From: Aulosira sp. ZfuVER01
GTDB lineage: Bacteria > Cyanobacteriota > Cyanobacteriia > Cyanobacteriales > Nostocaceae
Direction of reading: 5' to 3'
NCBI GenBank assembly: GCA_034530615.2
Contig: JAVRCV020000059.1
Span: forward strand, 32,001 to 96,000
Length of the DNA: 64,000 bases
Shown here: positions 10,914-20,795 of the stretch, in pieces
How positions within the stretch are numbered: the stretch's first letter is position 1
Layout of the letters: every line of letters starts with the position of its first letter
Notes under the pieces: generated by a model
What the model saw: the letters and a program-made list of their open reading frames with translations, nothing else
Database searches by the model: none
Told to the model about the DNA's origin: nothing
Made by a program: the position numbers and the translations under genes

Positions 10914-11825
10914 CTAAATTTTTACCTTTTCTCTGTAGACTCTGGGCGTTGTACCCATCAATTTACGGAAGACATTTGTGAAGTGACTTTGATTCTGAAA
11001 ACCGACTTGCTGACAGATTTGATCTATAGTTTGTTCGGTGCGAGTTAAAAGCTTTTTTGCTTTTTCAATTCTGCAACTCATCACGTATTGATGAGGAGCA
11101 AAACCCGTTGACTGTTTAAATAGTCGGGAAAAATGATACATACTCATTCCCACCACAGCAGAAATCTCAGCTAAGGTTAAATCTTGCTCCAGGTTTTCTT
11201 GAATATAGGAAATCGCTTTTCGTAACTTCAGTTGAGAAAGTCCCTGCTCTTGAGAGTAGGTCATACTTATGCCATTAGATACAGAATAATGTTTAAGTAG
11301 GTGGATGCAGAGCGTAGTTGTGAGAGATTCTACGTAAATCCGACTACCCATACCATCTGATTTGAGTTCTGACTGAAGTGCCAGCCCAATCTGTTGAATT
11401 AAGGGGTCTGGTGATGCAAAGCGCGGTACAATCTCGAATCGTTGTAGATCTCCTGCTTCAAACGTGGCATGACTAAACAAAGCTGGTTCTAAACTGATAA
11501 CTAAAAATTCTGCTTCTAATTGCCAACGTGATAAGTGATTGGTATTTGCCGGAAGTATTACCACATCTCCATAGTGGATGTGCTCATTCTGAAGCCTGCC
11601 ATTAAAAACCCGTTCTGTTTTGTGAACGCTTTGGTCTAAGCTAATAGTAACAATATGCTGTTGGCAGTAGTGTTCGGGAGTTTCATAACCAGGCTGTTGA
11701 TGATGATCTAGGCGAACACCATTCCAGTTGGAATCGTAACTCGAAAGCAGGGGCGATCGCGGTAAAATTTCTGAACAAGCATCTCTTTGAGTAAAATCAA
11801 CAGTTAAGATTTTCTCTTCTGCCAT
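10914..11825 (-). CDS. AraC family transcriptional regulator
   Basis: C-terminal double HTH (HFSRLFKQSTG; VGFQNQSHFTNVFRKLMGTTP). Confidence 0.93.
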   Translation of the reverse strand: MAEEKILTVDFTQRDACSEILPRSPLLSSYDSNWNGVRLDHHQQPGYETPEHYCQQHIVTISLDQSVHKTERVFNGRLQNEHIHYGDVVILPANTNHLSRWQLEAEFLVISLEPALFSHATFEAGDLQRFEIVPRFASPDPLIQQIGLALQSELKSDGMGSRIYVESLTTTLCIHLLKHYSVSNGISMTYSQEQGLSQLKLRKAISYIQENLEQDLTLAEISAVVGMSMYHFSRLFKQSTGFAPHQYVMSCRIEKAKKLLTRTEQTIDQICQQVGFQNQSHFTNVFRKLMGTTPRVYREKVKI

Positions 11826-11985
11826 TGTTCGCACCCCAGCAAGCTTTCAGATTCAGGTGTAAGGGTATACTTGCATTCTTAAATACCCTAGCTACTCTTT
11901 TGGAGTACAGGTAAGTTAAGTTTACATACAGAAATCTATAATCTCATAGAAACTATATCTCTGCCTGAGGGCATAAGCAAAGCAA

Positions 11986-12396
11986 ATGAATTACTACGTA
12001 ATTTACGATGGCAATTGCAATCTCTGCGTTACTTTGGTGCAATTATTAGAGAGCTTAGACCAAGGAAAGCTGTTTCGCTACAGCCCTATGCAAGATGAAC
12101 AAACACTAGTCAAATTTGGGATTACTCCCCAAGATTGCGAACAGGGGATGATTTTAATTGATGCAAATGCCCCCGAAAGACGTTGGCAAGGCAGTAACGC
12201 AGCTGAAGAAATTGGGCGGTTATTGCCGCTAGGAAGCATATTTGTTGATGCTTATCGAGCATTACCTGGGGTGAAATGGGCAGGCGATCGCTTTTACGAA
12301 CAAATCCGCGATAATCGCTATACCATCTTTGGCAAGCGTTCTAGCACCTATCAATCATCATTCTGTGTCGATAATAACTGCGATGTAGATAATTAA
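11986..12396 (+). CDS. DCC1-like thiol-disulfide oxidoreductase
   Basis: N-terminal YDGNCNLC (DxxCxxC) motif. Confidence 0.88.
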   Translation: MNYYVIYDGNCNLCVTLVQLLESLDQGKLFRYSPMQDEQTLVKFGITPQDCEQGMILIDANAPERRWQGSNAAEEIGRLLPLGSIFVDAYRALPGVKWAGDRFYEQIRDNRYTIFGKRSSTYQSSFCVDNNCDVDN

Positions 12397-12611
12397 GTAG
12401 TGTATTTACTGAGATAAGCAATTGAGTTTTGAAGCTTACTAAAGCACTAGCAAAATTACTCAATTCGATAGAGTTTTTTCGCCAAATCTTCTCTATATAG
12501 GTGAATAGACAAGCTTTTTCGCTAAAAAAAATCCACCTGTGGGTGCTAGAAAAATGTTGGCTAAACGCTACATGATGCTATCTGGCGCGACATCTAATGG
12601 GAGGATACTGC

Positions 12612-14456
12612 GTGAGAACTGGTGCTAACTACTTGGGTAACGGAGAGTGTGAATTTACAGTTTGGTCGCCAACATTAAACAGCGTGGCAGTGCAAATTTT
12701 GGCACCACAGGAGCAAGTAATTCCCCTGAAACCACAGGCAGAGGGATATTGGCAGACGAAAGTGAATGATGTCTATCCAGGCACACTTTATCGCTATGTT
12801 TTGGATGGCGAAAACGCTTTTGCCGATCCTGCATCATACTATCAACCCCAAGGAGTTCACGGGCCGTCGCAAGTTGTCGATCATCAGTTTGAGTGGACAG
12901 ATGACAACTGGACTGGCGTGCCATTGGAATCGATGATTTTCTATGAACTCCACGTTGGCACATTTACACCCGAAGGCACCTTCACCGCCATCATTCCCCG
13001 CCTAGCAGATTTAAAAGAACTGGGAATTAATGCCATTGAACTCATGCCCATCGCCCAGTTCCCTGGCGACACCCATATCGAACCCTCTCTGGCATACCGC
13101 AACTGGGGCTATGATGGCGTTTACCCCTTTGCAATACAAAATTCCTATGGTACTCCCGCCGATTTAAAGCAGTTGGTAAATGCTTGTCACCAACACGGTA
13201 TTGCTGTAGTGCTGGATGTGGTTTATAACCACTTTGGCCCAGAAGGTAACTATATGGGTCAGTTTGCACCCTATTTTACTAAAACCTATAAGACCCCTTG
13301 GGGCAACGCCATGAATTTTGATGATGCCCACAGTCAAGGTGTGCGTCACTATTTTATTCAGAATGCCCTGTATTGGTTGGGAGATTTCCATATTGATGCA
13401 TTACGCCTCGATGCAATTCAGGCAATATACGATTTAGGCGCAAAGCATTTCCTGTGGGAATTAGCCGAAGCAGTTCATAGCTTTTCCCAGAATGGAGGAC
13501 GCAAACGCTACTTAATTGCCGAAAGCGACTTGAATAATCCCCAAATCATTCGTCCAGCAGAATTAGGTGGCTATGGACTTGATGCCCAATGGAGTGATGA
13601 CTTTCACCACGCATTGCACGCATTGTTAACAGGCGATCGCCAAGGATATTATCAAGACTTTGGACAATGCGCCCAACTAGCCAAAGCTTATCAAGATACC
13701 TTTGTCTACGATTGGCAGTATGCACCTCATCGTAAACGATTTCATGGTATATCTTGCCGTGATCGCCCACCTTCGCAATTTTCAGTCTGCATTCAGAATC
13801 ACGACCAAATCGGCAATCAAATGAAAGGCGATCGCCTTTGGAATCGTGTATCCTTTGAAGGATTGAAATTAGCTGCTGGGGCTGTTTTGCTATCACCCTA
13901 CTTACCTCTATTATTCATGGGTGAAGAATACGGCGAAACTGCACCCTTTATGTACTTTGTCAGTCACTCCGACCCCGATTTAATTCAAGCAGTACGCGCC
14001 GGACGCAAACAAGAATTTGAAGCCTTTCACTATGACGAAGATCCACCAGATCCAGAATCAGCAGAAACCTTTTTGCGTTGTAAACTCAACTGGCAATTAC
14101 GCAACGAAGGCCAACACAAAGTTTTACTAGATTGGTATCGCCAGTTAATAGATTGGCGCAAAGCACATCCCGCATTGCTGAAGCAAGATCGCAACTGCAT
14201 CGAAGCAACTAGCGACGAAGACAAACAATTAGTCATCGTGCGGCGTTGGAGTGAATCAAGTGAAGTGATATTTGCACTGAATTTCAATCAATCGCCAATA
14301 ACAGTAACCTTACCAATTGAAAGCACTGCTCACAAAAAATTAGACTCAGCAGATACATCATGGAATGGCCTCGGTTCACAAGCACCTGAACATCTCTCCG
14401 TAGGACAAGAAATCACACTGCAACCAACCAGTTTGGTGCTGTACGAACTCAATTAA
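12612..14456 (+). CDS. treZ: Malto-oligosyltrehalose trehalohydrolase
   Basis: GH13 motifs YELHVGTFT, WGYDG, DVVYNHFGPEG, LRLDA, QNHDQ; GTG start assumed (ATG at 12597 possible). Confidence 0.95.
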   Translation: MRTGANYLGNGECEFTVWSPTLNSVAVQILAPQEQVIPLKPQAEGYWQTKVNDVYPGTLYRYVLDGENAFADPASYYQPQGVHGPSQVVDHQFEWTDDNWTGVPLESMIFYELHVGTFTPEGTFTAIIPRLADLKELGINAIELMPIAQFPGDTHIEPSLAYRNWGYDGVYPFAIQNSYGTPADLKQLVNACHQHGIAVVLDVVYNHFGPEGNYMGQFAPYFTKTYKTPWGNAMNFDDAHSQGVRHYFIQNALYWLGDFHIDALRLDAIQAIYDLGAKHFLWELAEAVHSFSQNGGRKRYLIAESDLNNPQIIRPAELGGYGLDAQWSDDFHHALHALLTGDRQGYYQDFGQCAQLAKAYQDTFVYDWQYAPHRKRFHGISCRDRPPSQFSVCIQNHDQIGNQMKGDRLWNRVSFEGLKLAAGAVLLSPYLPLLFMGEEYGETAPFMYFVSHSDPDLIQAVRAGRKQEFEAFHYDEDPPDPESAETFLRCKLNWQLRNEGQHKVLLDWYRQLIDWRKAHPALLKQDRNCIEATSDEDKQLVIVRRWSESSEVIFALNFNQSPITVTLPIESTAHKKLDSADTSWNGLGSQAPEHLSVGQEITLQPTSLVLYELN

Positions 14457-14573
14457 TTACTCTTTCCTCTGTGCCCTCTGCGTCTCTGCGGTTTGTAAAA
14501 AATGGCAAAGAAGTTTCGCGCAAAGGCGCAAAGAAAAATATTCCCCTCATTTCCCAGTCAACACAACAATCCT

Positions 14574-17366
14574 ATGCGAATTCCCAAAGCTACTTATAGA
14601 ATACAATTTACATCCCAATTTAACTTTGACAACGCCAAAGCGATCGCATCTTACCTCGCAGATTTAGGCATTTCCGATTTATACGCCTCCCCCATCTTCA
14701 AATCACGCTCCGGTAGTACGCATGGTTACGATGTAGTAGATGCTGCTCAACTCAATCCCGAACTAGGTACTACCGAGTCCTTTGAAGCCTTAGTCAGCGA
14801 ACTTCAAACCCTTGGTATCGGCTGGTTACAAGATATTGTACCCAACCACATGGCTTATAGTAGCGAAAACCCATACTTAATGGACGTGTTAGAACACGGC
14901 CCCGATTCTAGCTACACAGACTACTTTGATTTGAGTTGGAATGCTCCGTTTGGCGATCGCCAAGAACGAATTCTCGCTCCCCTACTAGGAGACTTTTACG
15001 GTGTTTCTCTAGAAAAAGGAGACATCCAACTGCAATATGAACAAAACGGTTTAACTGTCAATTATTACAGTTTAAAATTACCCCTGCGGTTAGAGTCTTA
15101 CACCAAATTCCTCACTTATAATCTCGGCAAACTTACCCGCACTCTCGGACGCAATCATCCCGATTTCATCAAGCTATTGGGTATTCTCTACATTCTCAAA
15201 AATGTGCCCTCAGAAGTGGCTGGTAAACAGCGACAAGACCAAATCGCTTTTATCAAAGGCTTGGTTTGGGAACTTTACAATAGTAATGATGATATCCGCG
15301 ATTTCATTGATGAGAACCTCAAAACCTTCAACGGAGAAGCGGGTAATTCAGAAAGCTTTAACTTACTAGATGATTTATTAAAAGACCAATTTTATCGCCT
15401 TGCTTTTTGGAAAGTTGGCGCGGAAGAAATGAACTATCGCCGCTTCTTTACTGTCAACGAACTCATTTCTGTAAAAGTTGAAGAACTGCGAGTATTTAAT
15501 AATACTCATAGCTTGATTCAAAAGCTAGTAGAAGAAGGTAAGTTTACTGGTTTACGCATCGATCATATTGATGGACTTTATAATCCAACACAGTATCTAG
15601 AACGACTCCAAGAAAAAATGGGTGATGTTTACATCACAGTCGAAAAAATCTTGGAACTTACTGAAGATTTACCAGAAAATTGGAGAATTGAAGGTACATC
15701 TGGATACGACTTTTTAAATTATGTCAATGGTGTATTCTGCCAATCAGAAAATCAGTCGCAGTTTGAGAAAATCTACCATAGCTTCATTGGTGCGAGAGTA
15801 GATTATGCATCTCTTGTCAAGAGTAATAAGCACCTGATTTTGGAAAAAAACTTAGCAGGTGATGTTGATAATCTCGCTATTCTGTTAAAGAATATTTCCA
15901 GCAAATATCGCTATGGTAATGACTTTACAGTTAATGGATTAAAACGAGCGATCGCAGAAGTTCTCACCCTATTCCCGATTTATCGCACCTACATTACTCC
16001 CGATGGTATTCATGATAGCGATCGCGTCTACATTGAGGAAGTAATTCGCCAAGCCAAGGAACAAGCACCGCTATTGCAGCACGAGATGGATTTTATTGAA
16101 AAGCTGATGCTGCTAGAGTTTGATGACTCATTGACGCAAACAGAACGGGAACAATGGCTATATTTTGTCATGCGGATGCAGCAATATACCGGGCCGCTGA
16201 TGGCGAAAGGCGTAGAAGACACCACCTTATATGCTTATAATCGGTTGCTGTCGCTGAATGAAGTAGGCGGAAATCCCAGTCATTTTGGTATTTCTCTAAC
16301 TGACTTTCACACCTTTAACCAAAAGCACCAAGCCAACTGGCCGCATACAATGAACACCACCGCCACCCACGACACCAAGCGCGGTGAAGATGTGCGGGCG
16401 AGGTTAAATGTGCTGTCAGAAATTCCGGATGAGTGGGAGCAACAAGTTAATACTTGGAGTAACCTAAATCAAGGGCTAAAAAGTCAGCGCCACAGATCAT
16501 CTATGCCCGATCGCAATGATGAATATTTTCTCTATCAAACCCTAGTGGGGGCGTTTCCTTTTGCTGAACACGAACAATCATCGTTTGTGGAAAGGGTGAA
16601 GGAATATATTATTAAATCCATTCGCGAAGCGAAAGTGCACACAGCATGGTTGCGTCCTGATAGCGAATATGAAGAGGCTTGTACCTCTTTTGTAGAGAAG
16701 GTACTAGATCCATCAATTTCTCAAGAATTTTTGGCAGATTTTCGCAATTTTCAACAGCGAATTGCAGAATATGGCATCTTCAATTCCCTTTCTCAAACTC
16801 TATTAAAAATTGCTGCTCCGGGTGTACCAGACTTTTACCAAGGAACCGAACTTTGGGAATTAAGTTTAGTCGATCCAGATAACCGCCGCCCTGTAGATTT
16901 TGAGCAGCGACGTAGTTATTTAAGTACGATAAAACAGCAAATAAAGTCAGATATTCTCGGCTTAATTCAAGAGTTACTCACTCAGAAAAATGATGGCAGA
17001 ATCAAATTATTTTTAACAGTGCAAGCCCTCAAAGCTAGGATAGATTATCTGCAATTATTCCAAGACGGTGAATATCTGCCATTAGAAATTCAGGGAACCC
17101 ACGCCGATAATATCATCGCCTTTGCAAGACAACAGGGAAATCAAACAGCGATCGCGATCGCCCCGCGCTTGTTCACTCGCCTAATTCAGCCTGGAGAATA
17201 TCCTTTAGGCGAGTCGGTTTGGCAAGATACCTGCATCCAATTACCTAAAGGTACTTCCTCAACCTGGAAAAATGCCATAACTCAGCAATCCTTAGAGGCT
17301 ACAGGAACATTATCTATTGGTGCAACCCTTGCTCATTTTCCAGTTGCTTTATTGGTGAGTGAATAA
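14574..17366 (+). CDS. treY: Malto-oligosyltrehalose synthase
   Basis: P.ATYR.Q, STHGYDVVD, DIVPNHM, NYRRFF, GLRIDHIDGL, THDTKRGED, SLVDPDNRRPVD. Confidence 0.95.
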   Translation: MRIPKATYRIQFTSQFNFDNAKAIASYLADLGISDLYASPIFKSRSGSTHGYDVVDAAQLNPELGTTESFEALVSELQTLGIGWLQDIVPNHMAYSSENPYLMDVLEHGPDSSYTDYFDLSWNAPFGDRQERILAPLLGDFYGVSLEKGDIQLQYEQNGLTVNYYSLKLPLRLESYTKFLTYNLGKLTRTLGRNHPDFIKLLGILYILKNVPSEVAGKQRQDQIAFIKGLVWELYNSNDDIRDFIDENLKTFNGEAGNSESFNLLDDLLKDQFYRLAFWKVGAEEMNYRRFFTVNELISVKVEELRVFNNTHSLIQKLVEEGKFTGLRIDHIDGLYNPTQYLERLQEKMGDVYITVEKILELTEDLPENWRIEGTSGYDFLNYVNGVFCQSENQSQFEKIYHSFIGARVDYASLVKSNKHLILEKNLAGDVDNLAILLKNISSKYRYGNDFTVNGLKRAIAEVLTLFPIYRTYITPDGIHDSDRVYIEEVIRQAKEQAPLLQHEMDFIEKLMLLEFDDSLTQTEREQWLYFVMRMQQYTGPLMAKGVEDTTLYAYNRLLSLNEVGGNPSHFGISLTDFHTFNQKHQANWPHTMNTTATHDTKRGEDVRARLNVLSEIPDEWEQQVNTWSNLNQGLKSQRHRSSMPDRNDEYFLYQTLVGAFPFAEHEQSSFVERVKEYIIKSIREAKVHTAWLRPDSEYEEACTSFVEKVLDPSISQEFLADFRNFQQRIAEYGIFNSLSQTLLKIAAPGVPDFYQGTELWELSLVDPDNRRPVDFEQRRSYLSTIKQQIKSDILGLIQELLTQKNDGRIKLFLTVQALKARIDYLQLFQDGEYLPLEIQGTHADNIIAFARQQGNQTAIAIAPRLFTRLIQPGEYPLGESVWQDTCIQLPKGTSSTWKNAITQQSLEATGTLSIGATLAHFPVALLVSE

Positions 17367-17384
17367 AAAACCACAGAGACACAG

Positions 17385-17535
17385 TGAGCAGTCCGTTGCG
17401 GAGGTTCCCTCCGTTGTAGGAACTGCGAACCCGAAGGGAGAAACAGGATTACTCTTGCATTCCTCTCTGCGTCTCTGCGCTACGGACACTTTCCTCAAGC
17501 CGGGAAACCCGTCCACGGAAGTGTCCTCCTCTGCG
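17385..17535. repeat. Nested small dispersed repeats between treY and trehalase
   Basis: CGTTGCGGAGGTTCCCTCCGTTGTAG (also at 2477-2502, inverted) and GGACACTTTCC...GGAAGTGTCC hairpin within ctctgcg repeats. Confidence 0.7.
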
Positions 17536-17563
17536 TGAGAAAAAACTTTTCCATTAATTGCTT

Positions 17564-19084
17564 ATGACTCCTCAAACTTCCACCCAAACTCCCTTCACCA
17601 CCGCAAAAATTAACAACCTGCGAACCTACATCAAAAAAACTTGGAAAACCTTAACACGATCGCACGCACATTTACTCCAATCTGCCAAAGATACCAAGCT
17701 AGAACACAAACCTGGAACTCCCTGGATTATCTACATTTCCCCCAGAGAAGATTGTCCCAATGTTCAGTCTGTATTAGAGCGATCGCTTTCTCAAGAAGAC
17801 ATCCGCCAAATTGAAATTCGCACTCTACCCCCGGAAGCCGAAGCCATCAAAGAACATGGATTGCTTTACCTACCAGGCCCTTACGTTGTCCCTGGTGGAC
17901 GCTTTAACGAAATGTATGGCTGGGATAGCTACTTTATTTTGCTGGGGTTGTTGCGCGACGGAGAATTGGATTTAGCGCAAAGTCAAGTCGATCAGCTACT
18001 TTACCAAGTGCAGCATTACGGCACAATCCTCAATTCCAACCGTACTTATATGCTGTCGCGATCGCAACCCCCAGTTCTCAGCCTGATGGTTTTAGCGTTA
18101 TTCCAACATACCAAGGATGAAGAGTGGTTGAGGTCAGCTTTACCATTGTTAGAACAGTTTTACTATTACTGGGTAGTTCCGCCCCATCTCAACCCCGCAA
18201 CAGGTTTATCTCGATATTATGCTTTGGGTGAAGGCCCTGCGCCAGAAGTTGTATTTTCTGAACGGGATGAAGAGGGAAAAAGCCACTACGACCGTGTTAA
18301 GGAATATTACCAAAGATTTGAGATTGAAGATTATGATGTCAGTCTTTACTACGACAAAGAAAATGATGAACTAAGCAATCTATTTTACAAAGGCGATCGC
18401 ACAATGCGCGAATCCGGCTTTGATATCAGCAATCGCTTTGGCCCTTTTAGTATCGATATTATCCATTATGCGCCTGTGTGCCTCAACAGTTTGCTTTATC
18501 AAATGGAACAAGATTTGGCACAGATTAACGATATTTTAGGTAACGAAGAACTAGCGCAGCAATGGCGCGATCGCGCAGATGAAAGACGCGATCGCATCGA
18601 TCAATTTCTTTGGGATGAAAAACAGGGGTTATATCTTGACTATCATTTCCAAACTGAGACACGCCGCCAGTACGAATTTGCTACTACCTTCTATCCCCTC
18701 TGGGTAGGAGTCGCTTCCGAAACCCAAGCCAAACGAGTTGCAGAAAATCTCTCTATATTTGAAGCACCAGGCGGAATATTTACGAGTAGCCGTGTCACAG
18801 GTAATCAGTGGGATGCACCTTTTGGTTGGGCACCTTTGACATTAATTGCCGTTCAAGGATTGCACCGTTATGGCTATCATCAAGAAGGCGATCGCATTGC
18901 GCGTAAGTTCCTAGCTATGGTAGTTAAGGAATTTGAGCGTCGGGGTATCTTAGTGGAAAAATACGATGTAGAACGTTGTTCTGCCAACGTTTCTGACGAA
19001 ATCTGCTTTGGTTACAGTTCAAACGAAATCGGCTTTGGCTGGACTAATGGTGTTGTACTAGAACTCCTAGCAAGTTTGACTTGA
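17564..19084 (+). CDS. treH: Alpha,alpha-trehalase (GH37)
   Basis: PGGRFNEMYGWDSY, RSQPP, RESGFD, QWDAPFGWAP, GFGWTNG. Confidence 0.93.
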   Translation: MTPQTSTQTPFTTAKINNLRTYIKKTWKTLTRSHAHLLQSAKDTKLEHKPGTPWIIYISPREDCPNVQSVLERSLSQEDIRQIEIRTLPPEAEAIKEHGLLYLPGPYVVPGGRFNEMYGWDSYFILLGLLRDGELDLAQSQVDQLLYQVQHYGTILNSNRTYMLSRSQPPVLSLMVLALFQHTKDEEWLRSALPLLEQFYYYWVVPPHLNPATGLSRYYALGEGPAPEVVFSERDEEGKSHYDRVKEYYQRFEIEDYDVSLYYDKENDELSNLFYKGDRTMRESGFDISNRFGPFSIDIIHYAPVCLNSLLYQMEQDLAQINDILGNEELAQQWRDRADERRDRIDQFLWDEKQGLYLDYHFQTETRRQYEFATTFYPLWVGVASETQAKRVAENLSIFEAPGGIFTSSRVTGNQWDAPFGWAPLTLIAVQGLHRYGYHQEGDRIARKFLAMVVKEFERRGILVEKYDVERCSANVSDEICFGYSSNEIGFGWTNGVVLELLASLT

Positions 19085-19288
19085 GACTGCGTAAGTTCTC
19101 ATCAAAAAGAACCGCAGATTCAGAGGCTGTTTGTCAAGGATTATGAAGTCAGCTTCTGTGGTAACAAACCATGACAAAATACAGATGAGATGCACAACTT
19201 TTACCCCGCGCATCTCATCTCAATGCAATTAATGTTTGCAACTTCCGAAGCAACTCAAGATGCTTCTTACCCTCATCTGTTATTCAGC

Positions 19289-20080
19289 TTAGCTGTTTGC
19301 GGCAAGTTCGTCCTTTTTTTTCGTAAGTTCTTTCTTTCTTCTACCGACTTTAAAACTAGCCAAACCAACTCCGCTCAGAAGTACACCGGCTATAGTACTA
19401 GGTTCAGGTACATCACGGGGAATATCAATAGTTCCCTGGATTGTGGTATTTCCTATATAAGGAAGACCACTAATACCATGTTCCACATAAGTAAGCTTAC
19501 CAGTCGCTCCTTCAAACAGGCCTTCCCCTCCAATAATATCGATAGTCCCTAAATTTGTTACGTGTATTACACCATCAATGACTTCCTCTGTAACATTAGC
19601 TAATTCAGTACCAAACAATTTATTGGGACCACTTCCTGCTAGAGTTAAATATCCAGGTGGTAGTTCTGGATAGTTTTGCTTAAGGAAAGGAAAATAATTG
19701 GGATCTGTACTACCCGTTGAAGACTGATAAGTATACTTGCCAGGATTATTAGGATCGGGAATAAAAACATCGTGCAAGTAAACCGAACCAAAGAATTTTG
19801 TTAGCCCATAGGGTGCATCCAAAGTTTCGCTAGGAGTACCTTGATCGATTAAGGGATTAACCTCAATTTTTAGATATTCTTGAGGACCATTATTAGGATA
19901 GCTGGTAATTACTCCTGGGAAGAATTGACCATAATCTAACGAGCTATCCAATAGATTATATAGATTGTAAGTTGTTGGTTTAAAGGTAAGCGTACTTGCT
20001 TGGGCTGGCGCAGACTGAATAGCAAAACTGCCTAAGGTAATAGCTAGGGGAGCGAGCAGTAATTGGCGAGCTTTTTGCAT
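19289..20080 (-). CDS. PEP-CTERM sorting-domain surface protein
   Basis: Signal peptide ending PAQA; C-terminal DVPEPSTIAG + TM + RRKK; start at MQKARQ (alternative 20128). Confidence 0.88.
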   Translation of the reverse strand: MQKARQLLLAPLAITLGSFAIQSAPAQASTLTFKPTTYNLYNLLDSSLDYGQFFPGVITSYPNNGPQEYLKIEVNPLIDQGTPSETLDAPYGLTKFFGSVYLHDVFIPDPNNPGKYTYQSSTGSTDPNYFPFLKQNYPELPPGYLTLAGSGPNKLFGTELANVTEEVIDGVIHVTNLGTIDIIGGEGLFEGATGKLTYVEHGISGLPYIGNTTIQGTIDIPRDVPEPSTIAGVLLSGVGLASFKVGRRKKELTKKKDELAANS

Positions 20081-20795
20081 GATATTGCGATCGCTAAACT
20101 TATCACGATGGCGAATGATTTTTTGCATAACTTAATAAGTTTTTCAGACGCAGTTTAATATGTTTACGATAAAAACAATACCATTAAAAATGGTGCAAAC
20201 TAAATCACAAAAGAAAATGTTTATTTTCTTGTATTAATTTCTGAACAGATTTTAAACAAGCAAATTCCCTATCGATTGCATATCACATACACCCTTCATG
20301 TATAACCTAGAAAATTAGATTAATTATTTCTTGTAAATTCCCCTCATGGGGAAGAACAAGAGATTGTGAAGCTGGAATAATGGATTATGAAGCTGGAATA
20401 AAGTCTCTATAATTTCATACTCTGCATTATTTACATCACTGGGACATGCAAAGCATATCATTATTGAAATTACTACTCTATTGCTTCAAAATCTATTTTC
20501 ATTTGTAGCGATTTTCTGACTTTGCTGTCTTTACATTTCTTTAGAGACAGTCTCTAAACATCGATATTTATCTATGTTAATTACTGTGCATGTGTGATTC
20601 CCCAATTCTTTGATTCTGATGAAATACAGCAGAAACAGATAAATATGATGAAATACAGCAAATACAGATAAATATCAACTTTTTTCTATCTAGCACATAT
20701 ATGTAAACTAAGCTTAGTTCCAGGACGATAATGAATATCCCAAAGGATTTTTGAATCATCCTGTTACTGAGTTAAATTATGCATTCTGCCCAGAG

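Noticed and set aside
12612..19084. Paradoxical synthesis-plus-degradation trehalose operon as a novelty
   Set aside because: The treZ-treY-trehalase arrangement is already known in Anabaena/Nostoc.
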